From Candidatus Poriferihabitaceae bacterium (lineage in GTDB: Bacteria > Pseudomonadota > Gammaproteobacteria > Arenicellales > Poriferihabitantaceae), in NCBI GenBank assembly GCA_965206445.1, contig CBDBJR010000002.1, positions 2,568,741-2,632,740 on the forward strand: 64,000 nucleotides of DNA, in the 5' to 3' direction. Both the position numbers and the translations under genes were made by a program. The notes under the pieces are model-generated. The model was not told the DNA's origin. It ran no database searches and saw nothing but the letters and a program-made list of their open reading frames with translations. Of the stretch, positions 1-10,627 are shown in pieces (position 1 is the stretch's first letter; every line of letters starts with the position of its first letter).

Positions 1-990
<990 letters not shown>

Positions 991-1136
991 CCCGGGTTTG
1001 CGTCATGCCCGGATTGATGCGCGCAACCCCTTTGGTCATTGCCATTATTCTGTGCAGCGGTGCTTTGCCTGGCAGGATAACTTTAGTATGATCGGGAAAC
1101 AGCCAACCATAGATAACCCTGTTGAGGACCATGCAA

Positions 1137-2327
1137 ATGAAAAACACACTGAAAAATGCGGTGATTGCCGGCGCTCTGAGCGGCCTGATTGCGCAGGCCG
1201 CCGCCGCCGATGAAATCAAGATCGGCATCATTCTGGGCTTTACCGGCCCGATCGAATCATTGACCCCCGGCATGGCCGACAGCGCCGAGCTGGCCTTCAG
1301 CGAGGTCTCCGGCAGTCTGCTCGACGGGCGGGAAATCACCCCGGTGCGGGCGGATTCCACCTGTGTCGATTCATCGGCGGCGACCGCGGCCGCCGAAAGA
1401 CTGGTGACCGCCGATAACGTCGTGGCCATCATGGGCGCAGACTGCTCCGGCGTGACCACCGCCATCGCCAACAATGTTGCGGTCCCAAACGGCGTCGTCA
1501 TGGTGTCGCCGTCGGCAACCTCACCGGCGCTGTCCAGTCTTGAGGACAATGGCTTTTTCTTCCGCACCGCCCCGTCGGATGCGCGTCAGGGTGAGGTTCT
1601 GGCCACCGTTCTGCGGCAGCGCGGGATCACAAACGTTGCGATTACCTTTACCAATAACGACTACGGCAAAGGTCTGACCGAATCATTCACCCAGGCGTTT
1701 GCCGCGGTCGGCGGCACGGTGGCAATCAGCGCGGCGCATGAAGACGGCAAAGCGGATTATTCGGCCGAGGTCGGGGCGCTGGCCGCCGCCGGGGCCGAAG
1801 ATCTGGCCGTTTTCGGCTACCTTGATCAGGGCGGCAAGGGCATCATTCAGGCGGCCCTGGACTCGGATGCCTTCAGCCGCTTCATTCTGGCCGACGGGAT
1901 GATTGGCGCATCGTTGATCGACGCCATTGGCGACGACCTGAACGGCGCGATCGGCACCTTGCCCGGCGGGGCATCGCAGGGCGCGGCGCTGTTTGCCGAA
2001 TACGCCCAACAGCACGGCATCGCCGGTGACGGCCCCTATCAGGGCGAATCTTACGACGCCGCGGCGCTGCTGGCACTGGCGATCCAGGCCGCCGGCTCGA
2101 CCGATCGCAGTGCGATTCAAGCGCAGCTGATGGCGGTGGCGAATGCACCCGGTGAAAGAATTCTGCCCGGTGAGCTCACCCGCGGCCTGAAGATTCTCGC
2201 TGCCGGCGGCGATATCGATTATGTCGGCGCCACCAACGTGGAATTCAACTCGGTCGGCGAAGTGCTGGGCTCGTTCAAAGAAGTCGAAGTCCGGGCCGGC
2301 CAATTCGAAACCATCCACATTTACTAA
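1137..2327 (+). CDS. periplasmic substrate-binding protein, branched-chain amino acid (PBP1/LivK-like) family, orphan
   Basis: Signal peptide MKNTLKNAVIAGALSGLIAQAAAA followed by DEIKIGIILGFTGP, typical of Leu/Ile/Val-type binding proteins. The track start at 1122 is TTG. ATG 1137 has GAGGA 8 nt upstream; ATG 1131 is an alternative. Confidence 0.75.
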   Translation: MKNTLKNAVIAGALSGLIAQAAAADEIKIGIILGFTGPIESLTPGMADSAELAFSEVSGSLLDGREITPVRADSTCVDSSAATAAAERLVTADNVVAIMGADCSGVTTAIANNVAVPNGVVMVSPSATSPALSSLEDNGFFFRTAPSDARQGEVLATVLRQRGITNVAITFTNNDYGKGLTESFTQAFAAVGGTVAISAAHEDGKADYSAEVGALAAAGAEDLAVFGYLDQGGKGIIQAALDSDAFSRFILADGMIGASLIDAIGDDLNGAIGTLPGGASQGAALFAEYAQQHGIAGDGPYQGESYDAAALLALAIQAAGSTDRSAIQAQLMAVANAPGERILPGELTRGLKILAAGGDIDYVGATNVEFNSVGEVLGSFKEVEVRAGQFETIHIY

Positions 2328-2394
2328 CGCATTCCCGCCCGGCGACGCCGCGGCCGCCCAACCGCGGCGGCGCTCGCCGCGCGGTGGCACAGCG

Positions 2395-3585
2395 ATGAAA
2401 ATCACCGACGTCACCACCTGGGTGGTCGGCAATCCGCCGCCCCATTTCGGCGGCAGATATTTTATCTTCCTGAAATTGACCACCGATAACGGCCTGGTCG
2501 GTTATGGTGAGGTGTATGCCGCCACGTTCGGCCCGCAGGTGGTTGAAAAAATGATTGTGGATGTGTGCGACCGGCATGTCATCGGCCAACCGCCGTTCTC
2601 GATTGAAAAAATCTGGCGCAACGTTTACGGCAGCGGCTATAACCTGCGGCCGGATGTCTCGTTGATGGGGGTGCTGAGCGGGGTCGAAATGGCCTGCTGG
2701 GACATTGTCGGCAAGGCGCTGGAGCAGCCGGTTTATCAACTGCTTGGCGGCAAGGTGCACGACAAGTTGCGCAGCTATACCTACCTTTATCCGCAAGAGG
2801 GCGACAAAACCGACATCTACAGCGACCCCTGGCTGGCCGCCGAACGGGCGCTGGAATATGTCGAGCAGGGGTTTACGGCGTTGAAATTCGACCCCGCCAG
2901 GCCCTACAGCGTATACGACGGCCGCCAACCGATGCTGGATGAGCTGGAGCGTTCGACGCAATTTGTCAAACTGATTCGTGAGGCGGTCGGCACGCGGGCG
3001 GATTTGCTGTTCGGCACCCACGGGCAATTCTCCGCCGCCGGGGCCATCCGCCTGGCGCGGCGGCTGGAGGCGTATGACCCGCTGTGGTTTGAGGAGCCCA
3101 CCCCGCCGGAAAATACCGCGGAGATGGCCCGGGTTGCGCGCCAGACCTGCATTCCTGTCGCCACCGGCGAGCGCCTGACCACCAAGTATGAGTTTGCCAG
3201 GGTATTGGCGGATCAAGCGGCGGCGATATTGCAAATGGCGCTGGGCCGCGTCGGCGGCATCCTCGAGGCCAAAAAAATCGCCGGCATGGCGGAAACCTGC
3301 TACGCACAAATCGCCCCCCACCTGTATTGCGGCCCGATCGAAGGCGCGGCCAACATTCAGCTCAGCACCTGCACGCCGAATTTCCTGATTCTGGAGAGCA
3401 TCCAGACGTGGGGCGGTTTTCATGCCGACATTCTGAACCGGCCAATACAATGGCAGGACGGCTACGTGATCCCGCCCACTGAACCGGGGCTCGGGGTTGA
3501 GCTGAACGAGGCGGTGGCGGCGGCCCATCCTTACACCGGCACGGCGCTCCATCTGCAAATGCAGTCGTCGCCGGTGCTGCCTTGA
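2395..3585 (+). CDS. enolase-superfamily dehydratase (mandelate racemase/muconate lactonizing family, galactonate-dehydratase-like)
   Basis: MKITDVTTWVVGNPPPHFGGRYFIFLKLTTDNGLVGYGEVY is a typical N-terminus of this family. The internal ATG at 2395 was chosen; the upstream part of the ORF is low-complexity and overlaps the previous gene. Confidence 0.85.
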   Translation: MKITDVTTWVVGNPPPHFGGRYFIFLKLTTDNGLVGYGEVYAATFGPQVVEKMIVDVCDRHVIGQPPFSIEKIWRNVYGSGYNLRPDVSLMGVLSGVEMACWDIVGKALEQPVYQLLGGKVHDKLRSYTYLYPQEGDKTDIYSDPWLAAERALEYVEQGFTALKFDPARPYSVYDGRQPMLDELERSTQFVKLIREAVGTRADLLFGTHGQFSAAGAIRLARRLEAYDPLWFEEPTPPENTAEMARVARQTCIPVATGERLTTKYEFARVLADQAAAILQMALGRVGGILEAKKIAGMAETCYAQIAPHLYCGPIEGAANIQLSTCTPNFLILESIQTWGGFHADILNRPIQWQDGYVIPPTEPGLGVELNEAVAAAHPYTGTALHLQMQSSPVLP

Positions 3586-3658
3586 ATCGCAATCAACCCG
3601 GCGCACCACAGCGGGCGCTTTTCTTTGTCTGGCAAATAATGTTCGGAGCAAAAACAAC

Positions 3659-4633
3659 ATGAAAATCGGATTTATCGGTCTGGGCAACGTCGGCGGCAAG
3701 CTCGCCGGCAGCCTGTTGCGCAACGGTCTGGATTTAACCGTCCTTGACCTGGACAAATCGGTCGCGCAGGCCTTACTCGACAACGGCGCAAAATGGGGCG
3801 ACAGCCCGCGGAAAATGGCCGAATCGGTCGACGTCCTGATCACCTGCCTGCCCAGCCCCGAAGCCAGCGCGACGGTGATGGAGGCGCAAGACGGCGCGCT
3901 GGCCGGCCTGAGTGCGAGCAAAGTCTGGGCCGAAATGAGCACCACCGATGAAGCCGAGGTCAAGCGGCTGGGCGGCAAGGTCACCGCGCTCGGCGCACAG
4001 CCGATCGACTGCCCGGTATCGGGCGGCTGCCACCGGGCGGCCACCGGCAACATTGCCATTTTCGCCGGCTGTCAACGCCGCACGTTCGAGCAGATGCTGC
4101 CGGTACTGACCAAAATGGGCCGGCATATCCTGCACACCGGCGCACTGGGCTCGGCCTCGGTGCTGAAAGTCGTCACCAACTATCTGGCCACCGCCAACCT
4201 GCTGTCCCTGTGCGAAGCACTGGCAACGGCCAAAGTGGCCGGCATGGATCTGGCGACCACCTACGAAGCGATTCGCATCTCATCCGGCAACTCGTTTGTG
4301 CACGAAACCGAGAGCCAGGTCATCTTGAACGGCAGCCGCAACATCAATTTCACGATGGATCTGGTCTGCAAAGACATCGGCTTGTTCGCCGAGATAGCGC
4401 AACGCGGCAACGTGCCGTTAGAGCTGGCGCCGATGATGGTGGATATCTTCAACGACGGGCAGCAGCGCTACGGTAGCCGGGAATTTTCACCGAACATCGT
4501 TCGCCGGCTGGAAGAAACCTGCGCAGTCGAGTTGCTGGCGCCCGGCTTCCCGGCAGAAATCCGCGACAATGAACCGGAACAGCCCGGTTACGAAGTCAAA
4601 CCGACAAACCGGGCTGATACAGCGACCTCCTGA
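3659..4633 (+). CDS. NAD(P)-dependent beta-hydroxyacid dehydrogenase (3-hydroxyisobutyrate dehydrogenase family)
   Basis: Rossmann N-terminus MKIGFIGLGNVGGKLA. GGAG lies 10 nt upstream of the ATG. Confidence 0.85.
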   Translation: MKIGFIGLGNVGGKLAGSLLRNGLDLTVLDLDKSVAQALLDNGAKWGDSPRKMAESVDVLITCLPSPEASATVMEAQDGALAGLSASKVWAEMSTTDEAEVKRLGGKVTALGAQPIDCPVSGGCHRAATGNIAIFAGCQRRTFEQMLPVLTKMGRHILHTGALGSASVLKVVTNYLATANLLSLCEALATAKVAGMDLATTYEAIRISSGNSFVHETESQVILNGSRNINFTMDLVCKDIGLFAEIAQRGNVPLELAPMMVDIFNDGQQRYGSREFSPNIVRRLEETCAVELLAPGFPAEIRDNEPEQPGYEVKPTNRADTATS

Positions 4634-4756
4634 TTTTTAAACCGCGTCGATTGCACTGAACCGGGTAAAACCGCCGAAAACGCCGATCAGAAAAAGGCGC
4701 GCTTTAGCCGGGACTCTTGAACGAACCAGGCCGAATCCGGCGCATCAGCCGGCACC

Positions 4757-5248
4757 TCAGATGCCGCGTTGCGGCCGAAACAGTATCGAAAAACTGCCGA
4801 CACTGAGCGCCACCAGCCAGATCAGGCTCCACCCCGGCATACTGATGCCAAACAGGGTCCACAGCACATCGGCGCATTCGCCCGAGCCGCGCAGCACCGT
4901 CGCCAGCATTTTGGTAAACGGAAATACGTCCAGCATATAATCCAGGTCGGGGCCGCATTCCGGCACTTGATCCGTGGGCAGATTTTGTATCCACACATGA
5001 CGCGCCGCCAGCGCCGCCCCGATGACCCCCGCGATGCCCGCGAATACGGCGTACACGCACTGCCCGACCCGTTTGGGCCGATGCACACAGCCGGCCAGGC
5101 AAATCAAACCGACGAGGATGAACGCCACACGCTGAAATATGCACAGCGGACACGGATCCAGGCCTTCCGCGTATTGAAAATACAAAGCGGTGCCCAGCAG
5201 CAGCGCACAGATCAGGAACAGGATAAAAAACAGGCGATGGTTGGTCAT
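4757..5248 (-). CDS. dsbB: disulfide bond formation protein B
   Basis: 163 aa, four hydrophobic segments, CPLC motif (GLDPCPLCIFQR), typical DsbB. Confidence 0.9.
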   Translation of the reverse strand: MTNHRLFFILFLICALLLGTALYFQYAEGLDPCPLCIFQRVAFILVGLICLAGCVHRPKRVGQCVYAVFAGIAGVIGAALAARHVWIQNLPTDQVPECGPDLDYMLDVFPFTKMLATVLRGSGECADVLWTLFGISMPGWSLIWLVALSVGSFSILFRPQRGI

Positions 5249-5416
5249 GAAAGGCTGCTGGTATTTTGTTTTCTCTGCTGTCGGTGCGCGGCTTGCGTTG
5301 ACTGGGTGAAATCACCCATCCGCATCGGCAGCCCAATCGGCGGGATTGCGCCACCGGCAAGTGCGGATTATACGCCAAAAACAACCGCCCGACCGGCACG
5401 CGCCTGATCCCTGCCC

Positions 5417-5443
5417 GCGACGGGCCAACCCGCCGTCTTTTTT
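5417..5443 (+). terminator. orphan intrinsic-terminator-like hairpin plus T6
   Basis: GACGGG (5419-5424) pairs with CCCG-CCGTC (5429-5437, one bulge) and is followed by TTTTTT (5438-5443). No annotated plus-strand gene lies upstream. Confidence 0.35.
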
Positions 5444-5584
5444 GCTTCAATTTATCTGCATTGTCGATTATATTATGGTCATATAACAACTGGCCAATAT
5501 CACACCGAAAATGGCCGCCCGAACGCCGCGCTGTGGCGGGTTTCCAGCTCGGCGGTCAGATCACTTTTTCCCATTGCGAATCAA

Positions 5585-6184
5585 ATGAATACACCGGCAC
5601 ACGTTATTTTCAGCTTGTCTCTGCTGGGGCGCACACGGGCGGCCCGATTCGCCCTGCCGATTACCGCCGGTGCGCTGCTGCCCGACGTGTTGATGGTGAT
5701 GTTTTACATCTATGAAAAAATGCTCGGTGTGCCGGAACACATTATATGGAACCAGCATTACTTCCTGCCACACTGGCAGATGGTGTTCGATCTGCCGAAC
5801 TCATTTCCGTTGATTGCGATTGGCGCCATCATCGCCTGGCGCATCCGCTCGTCGGCATGGATATGCTTGTTTGCCAGCATGTGTGTCCATTGCATACTGG
5901 ATTTGCTGGTGCATCATGACGACGGCCACCGCCACTTTTTCCCGCTCAGTGATTTTCGCTTCCAAAGCCCGGTTTCGTACTGGGACCCGGCCCATTACGG
6001 CAGCATTGTATCGGTGCTGGAAGTCCTTCTGGTCGGTGCCGGGGTGATCTATCTATGGCTTGCCGAGCAGCAGAAAGCGGCGGTCGTATTTCCGCTCACG
6101 CGCCTGCGTCAGGTCGTGTTACTGGTCACTGCGATCTACGCCGCTTTCATGGTGTTTGCGGTGTTTAGCTGGTCTGCCGGCTGA
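5585..6184 (+). CDS. integral membrane protein, possible membrane-bound metal-dependent hydrolase (YdjM/DUF457-like)
   Basis: 199 aa and hydrophobic. His/Asp-rich motifs (LLPD, HCILDLLVHHDDGHRHF) resemble membrane metal-hydrolase families. The functional call is weak. Confidence 0.5.
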   Translation: MNTPAHVIFSLSLLGRTRAARFALPITAGALLPDVLMVMFYIYEKMLGVPEHIIWNQHYFLPHWQMVFDLPNSFPLIAIGAIIAWRIRSSAWICLFASMCVHCILDLLVHHDDGHRHFFPLSDFRFQSPVSYWDPAHYGSIVSVLEVLLVGAGVIYLWLAEQQKAAVVFPLTRLRQVVLLVTAIYAAFMVFAVFSWSAG

Positions 6185-6208
6185 CCTGCCCGGCCTCATC
6201 GCGGCCGC

Positions 6209-6730
6209 TCAGTCGTCGTCGGGGTGCAACGGGGTGACGGGCGACGGTGGAATGCGACTCGATTCGGCTTGACCATAGAGTTGATCGGCGCGTGCCAGCG
6301 CATCGGTATACGGCTTGCAATCCCGCATCGTCTTGACCTGCCGCACAGCGTGCGCCAACCCCAACTGCCGGTGCCAGGCCAGATACGCAACCGCCACCGC
6401 AGGCGAGCGCTCTTTGCCGGCGGTGCAATGCAGATACGTCAGGTGGCCGCACGCCAGCGTATCCGCCAGCAGCCGGGCGGCGTCCGGCAGGCGGGCAACC
6501 AGATCATCTTTATCGAAATCGATGATCGGCAGGCGATGCAGGGTCAGATTGAGGCGGCGATACGCCTGCGTCAACTGCGGCCAGTTTATCCCGTGGTGGT
6601 CGAAATCCTGGTCGGTTTGCAGATTCAAAATGGCCGTCATGCCGGCCTGTTTGAGTTGCTCGGCATCGGCCGGGGTGGTCGGGCAAACACCGACAAACAG
6701 CCGCTCTGCCACCCGGTCAAAGTCGATCAT
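6209..6730 (-). CDS. dual-specificity (Cys-based) protein phosphatase family protein
   Basis: Active-site signature HCxxGxxRS is present as LHCTAGKERSP. Confidence 0.8.
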   Translation of the reverse strand: MIDFDRVAERLFVGVCPTTPADAEQLKQAGMTAILNLQTDQDFDHHGINWPQLTQAYRRLNLTLHRLPIIDFDKDDLVARLPDAARLLADTLACGHLTYLHCTAGKERSPAVAVAYLAWHRQLGLAHAVRQVKTMRDCKPYTDALARADQLYGQAESSRIPPSPVTPLHPDDD

Positions 6731-6802
6731 GCCGCGCCAGCCGGCGCGCGCCGCCGGCTACAGAGCCGACCGTGGACGGCATCTGCCGCGGCTGCAAGGG
6801 GG

Positions 6803-6852
6803 CAATTATCGATAAATATCAGTTGATTTATGTGTGCCATGCTCGATAATTG
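6803..6852. promoter_or_regulatory. 10-bp inverted repeat in an AT-rich divergent promoter region
   Basis: CAATTATCGA (6803-6812) and TCGATAATTG (6843-6852) are exact reverse complements 30 nt apart. GATAAATATCAG and GATAATCAG half-repeats lie nearby, between the phosphatase gene (-) and mlaA (+). Confidence 0.3.
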
Positions 6853-6982
6853 GCGATAATCAGTTACTGTCGACTCTGCATCGCAGGCCGCTGTATGCGG
6901 TTGCCGCATCACCGGCGCGTCGGCATTGATGGGTTCACCGTAAAATTCCGATTCTACAATAACCGCCGACCACCGCATACGC

Positions 6983-7723
6983 ATGAACTACCCTACCCGC
7001 TTGCCCCGCATACTCCTGTTGCTCGGCGCACTTGCCGCTGTCGGCGGATGCGCCACCGCCCCCTCGTCTTACTCTGACCCGCTCGAACCGGTCAATCGGG
7101 CTGTGTTTGCGTTCAATACGCAATTGGACAAATATCTGCTGCGACCGGCGGCCAAGGCATATCGGCATGTTCCATCGCCGGTGCGCATCCGGATTGGCCA
7201 TGTCTTCTCCAATTTGACCGAGCCGTACACCGTGGCCAATGCTCTGCTGCAGGGAAAGTTTTACCAGGCCGGCCGCGATGCGGGGCGTTTTGCCATCAAC
7301 ACCAGCATCGGCTTTTTGGGGCTGAACGATGTTGCCGTTGAGCTCGGCCTGCCACAGCAGCGCGAAGATTTTGGCCAGACTCTGGCGGTCTGGGGGGTGC
7401 CGCCCGGGCCGTATCTGATGCTGCCACTGCTTGGGCCGGGCAATCTGCGTGACACCGCCGGATTGGTGCCGCAGTTTGCGATCGGTGATCCGCTGTCCGC
7501 ATTGGATGACTCGGCGGAGCGCTGGTATGCCACCGGCCTGCGCGTACTCGACGCACGCACCGAGCTGCTTGGCACCGATGAGGTGCTCGAATTGCAGCCC
7601 GATCGGTACCTGTTTCTGCGGGAAATTTACCGCAGCCGCCGGCAGCAGCAGATCCATGACGGTGCACCGCCCGCCTCACCGGACGATGAGATACTGCTGG
7701 ATGAGCTGTTTGAAGAAAGTTGA
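6983..7723 (+). CDS. mlaA: outer-membrane lipoprotein MlaA/VacJ
   Basis: Lipobox LGALAAVGGC followed by DPLEPVNRAVFAFN, characteristic of the MlaA family. Confidence 0.9.
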   Translation: MNYPTRLPRILLLLGALAAVGGCATAPSSYSDPLEPVNRAVFAFNTQLDKYLLRPAAKAYRHVPSPVRIRIGHVFSNLTEPYTVANALLQGKFYQAGRDAGRFAINTSIGFLGLNDVAVELGLPQQREDFGQTLAVWGVPPGPYLMLPLLGPGNLRDTAGLVPQFAIGDPLSALDDSAERWYATGLRVLDARTELLGTDEVLELQPDRYLFLREIYRSRRQQQIHDGAPPASPDDEILLDELFEES

Positions 7724-7796
7724 GCACGGCGATGAGCGCCCGCTGCGACCGCATACAGAACGCGCCTAGCGGCCACACCGGCCGCTGATTATCGCG

Positions 7797-8618
7797 ATGG
7801 CGGTCTATGCGGTGGGCGATGTGCAGGGGTGTGCGCAGTCGCTCGAAAAATTACTCGACTTGATCCGGTTTGACCCGGGCCCCGATCGGCTGTGGCTGTG
7901 CGGCGATCTGGTCAATCGCGGGCCCGACTCTTTGCAGACGCTGCGCCTGGTTTACGCCCTCGGGGACAGCGCGGTCTGCGTGCTCGGCAACCACGATTTG
8001 CACCTGCTGGCGGTCGCAGCCGGCGTCAAAGCGGCCAAACCGGGCGATACGCTGGCGGGTATTTTGCAGGCGCCCGACTGCGATTCGCTGCTGCACTGGC
8101 TGCGCCGACAGCCGCTGGTGCACGTCGATAGCGAGCTGAAGACGCTGATGGTGCATGCCGGGGTGTATCCCGGCTGGCCGCGTCACCAGCTGGTCGCGCA
8201 CGCCGAGGAAATTCAAACCCTGCTGCGCGGCGAGCACTACCGACAATTTCTCAAACACCTGTACGGCCACCGCCCGACGAGCTGGGATGCCGAGATGCGC
8301 GGCTGGCCGCGTGCGCGTTTCATCACCAACGCATTGACCCGGATGCGATATTGCGACCGCGACCGGCGTTTGGATTTCACCTGCAAAGACCCGCCCGGCA
8401 GCCAGCCGGCGGCTTTGATTCCCTGGTTCGAGCACCCGGACCTGGCGTGCCGGGACTGGCGGATTGTCAGCGGCCACTGGTCATCGCTTGGTTTTCTGCA
8501 TCGCCGGGGGATCATCGCGCTGGATAGCGGCTGTGTCTGGGGCGGCCATCTGACCGCCGTACGGCTGGACGGCGACGGCCCGCTGCAGCACTGGCAGCTT
8601 AGCTGCCATGCCGGCTAA
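7797..8618 (+). CDS. apaH: bis(5'-nucleosyl)-tetraphosphatase, symmetrical
   Basis: MAVYAVGDVQGC...LWLCGDLVNRGPDS...GNHD metallophosphatase motifs in ApaH order. Confidence 0.92.
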   Translation: MAVYAVGDVQGCAQSLEKLLDLIRFDPGPDRLWLCGDLVNRGPDSLQTLRLVYALGDSAVCVLGNHDLHLLAVAAGVKAAKPGDTLAGILQAPDCDSLLHWLRRQPLVHVDSELKTLMVHAGVYPGWPRHQLVAHAEEIQTLLRGEHYRQFLKHLYGHRPTSWDAEMRGWPRARFITNALTRMRYCDRDRRLDFTCKDPPGSQPAALIPWFEHPDLACRDWRIVSGHWSSLGFLHRRGIIALDSGCVWGGHLTAVRLDGDGPLQHWQLSCHAG

Positions 8619-8698
8619 ACTGCCGCTTGCCATCAGATTGTGGCTTAACGCACACTTTCGAACCGTCACTGCCGCCGACTTGCGCCACGCTATCGACC

Positions 8699-9997
8699 AT
8701 GCAACCGCTTGACCGCCAGACTGAACCACTGCTGCAATTCCTCGACCGCGCGCCGACCCCGTTTCACGCGGTCGAGCAATGCGTGCAGCAGCTCCAACAC
8801 GCCGGCTATCGACTGCTGTGTGAGTCCGACGCCTGGGGGCTGACCACGCCGGGGAAATACATGATCACCCGCAACGACTCATCGCTAGTGGCGTTTGCGC
8901 TGCATCAGCCGCCGCCGGCGCACGGCTTTCGCCTGGTCGGGGCGCACACCGACAGCCCCTGCCTGCGGGTCAAACCGAACGCCGTCACCACCGGCAACCG
9001 CTATGCCAGACTGGCGGTCGAGGTATACGGCGGCGCGCTGCTGAACCCCTGGTTTGACCGGGATTTATCCCTGGCCGGGCGCGTCAGCGGGCGCACCGCC
9101 GCCGGTGCGATCGACCACTGGCTGGTCGATTTTGACCGTCCGATCGCCTTCATACCGAGCCTGGCGATACATTTGCAGCGGCAGGTCAATGACCACCATC
9201 GCATCAACCAACAGCTGCACCTGCCGGCGATATTCTGCCGCATGGACGACACCGCACCGGATTTCAACGCCCTGCTCAAGGCGCAGGTAAACCGGCAACA
9301 CGGCGCCTCGGCGATCGAGGAGGTGCTGAGCTTTGAGTTGAGCTTATACGACCATCAGCCCGCTGCCGTGGTCGGACTGGAGTGCGAATTTATCGCCTCC
9401 GCACGGCTGGATAACCTGCTCAGTTGTTTTGCCGGCACCCGGGCCCTGATCGACAGCGGCGGGCCGGCCAATTGTGTGCTGGTGCTGAATGACCATGAGG
9501 AAGTCGGCAGCGCATCGCCCAGCGGCGCCGACGGGACGCTGCTGCAATCGGTGCTGGAGCGCATTTGCGGCGACAGCGAGAACCTGCGCCGGGCGCTTAG
9601 CCGCTCGATGCTGATTTCAGCCGACAACGCCCACGGCGTGCATCCGAACTACCCGGAAAAACATGAGCCCGATCACCGGCCGCTACTCAATGCCGGCCCG
9701 GTGATTAAAATCAATCACAACCAGCGCTATGCCACCAACAGCGAAACCGCGGCGCTGTTCCAACAGGTGTGTGCGCGCAACGAGCTGGATTATCAAACCA
9801 TGGTGGTGCGTTCGGATATGGGCTGCGGTTCGACTATCGGGCCGATTACCGCCGCCCGGCTTGGCGTCAGAACCGTCGATATTGGCGTTCCCCAGCTGGG
9901 CATGCACTCGATTCGGGAGCTGGCCGGCGTGCACGATCAACCCACCCTGGCGGCCGCACTGGGCGGATTTTTTCGCTTTTCCCCCTGGCCGTTTTGA
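8699..9997 (+). CDS. M18-family aminopeptidase (aspartyl aminopeptidase-like)
   Basis: GAHTDSPCLRVKP, NDHEEVGS and PQLGMHSIRE motifs. The internal ATG at 8699 (MQPLDRQTEPLLQFL) was chosen over the longer ORF. Confidence 0.88.
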   Translation: MQPLDRQTEPLLQFLDRAPTPFHAVEQCVQQLQHAGYRLLCESDAWGLTTPGKYMITRNDSSLVAFALHQPPPAHGFRLVGAHTDSPCLRVKPNAVTTGNRYARLAVEVYGGALLNPWFDRDLSLAGRVSGRTAAGAIDHWLVDFDRPIAFIPSLAIHLQRQVNDHHRINQQLHLPAIFCRMDDTAPDFNALLKAQVNRQHGASAIEEVLSFELSLYDHQPAAVVGLECEFIASARLDNLLSCFAGTRALIDSGGPANCVLVLNDHEEVGSASPSGADGTLLQSVLERICGDSENLRRALSRSMLISADNAHGVHPNYPEKHEPDHRPLLNAGPVIKINHNQRYATNSETAALFQQVCARNELDYQTMVVRSDMGCGSTIGPITAARLGVRTVDIGVPQLGMHSIRELAGVHDQPTLAAALGGFFRFSPWPF

Positions 9998-10069
9998 GCC
10001 CTTGCAGCGATGCGTGCCGGATGGATGCCGGCCTGGCCGGGTGTCGGTTGCGCGCTCGATTGGGCGACG

Positions 10070-10378
10070 TTACTCCACCGCCGTCAGCATATAATCGACA
10101 ATGGCTTTGACTTGCGCATCGGAAAGGTGGGTAAACCCGCCCTTGGCCGGCATCACGCCCGACTCCCCGACGTAGCCGTTGATCGCATGGTCGTATAGCC
10201 GCGCTACTCCCTGGTCGATGCGACCGACCCAATCGGCCCGGTCGCCCAGTTTCGGTGCACCGGCCACGCCGAAACCGTGACAGGCCGCGCAGGCGAGGTC
10301 AAAATCGGACTTGCCGTCAGCCCGGGCGGTCAAAACCGACAGCAGCATGATCAGCGGCAGCCACAGCTTGAATATCAT
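10070..10378 (-). CDS. cytochrome c5-type mono-haem cytochrome
   Basis: 102 aa with signal peptide MIFKLWLPLIMLLSVLTARA and a CAACHG haem site. The rest of the 379-aa ORF is antisense to the next gene and was discarded. Confidence 0.85.
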   Translation of the reverse strand: MIFKLWLPLIMLLSVLTARADGKSDFDLACAACHGFGVAGAPKLGDRADWVGRIDQGVARLYDHAINGYVGESGVMPAKGGFTHLSDAQVKAIVDYMLTAVE

Positions 10379-10627
10379 TTTCAGCACCAGAATGTTCACC
10401 TCGGATGGACGCGCCGGCAACCAGACCGACCCTGCGGATTGTAACCGGATTTCTCCGTCAAGTGGGCACGGGTCGGGCGATGCCGGGTGTCGACGCCCGG
10501 CGTCCGGGGCGGCGGCTGACCGCCGCGGCCGGCCTGGTACGCGGACAGATACAACCGCAGTCAAAACAAATATGCGACAATACGCGTGCGCCGGCAGCCC
10601 GGCTGCGGCACCGGAGGAACCAGTAGC

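Noticed and set aside
2275-4059. 594-aa minus-strand ORF
   Set aside because: It is antisense to the well-supported enolase-superfamily and dehydrogenase genes. Its Arg/Ala/Gly/Pro-rich, low-complexity translation is typical of shadow ORFs in GC-rich DNA.
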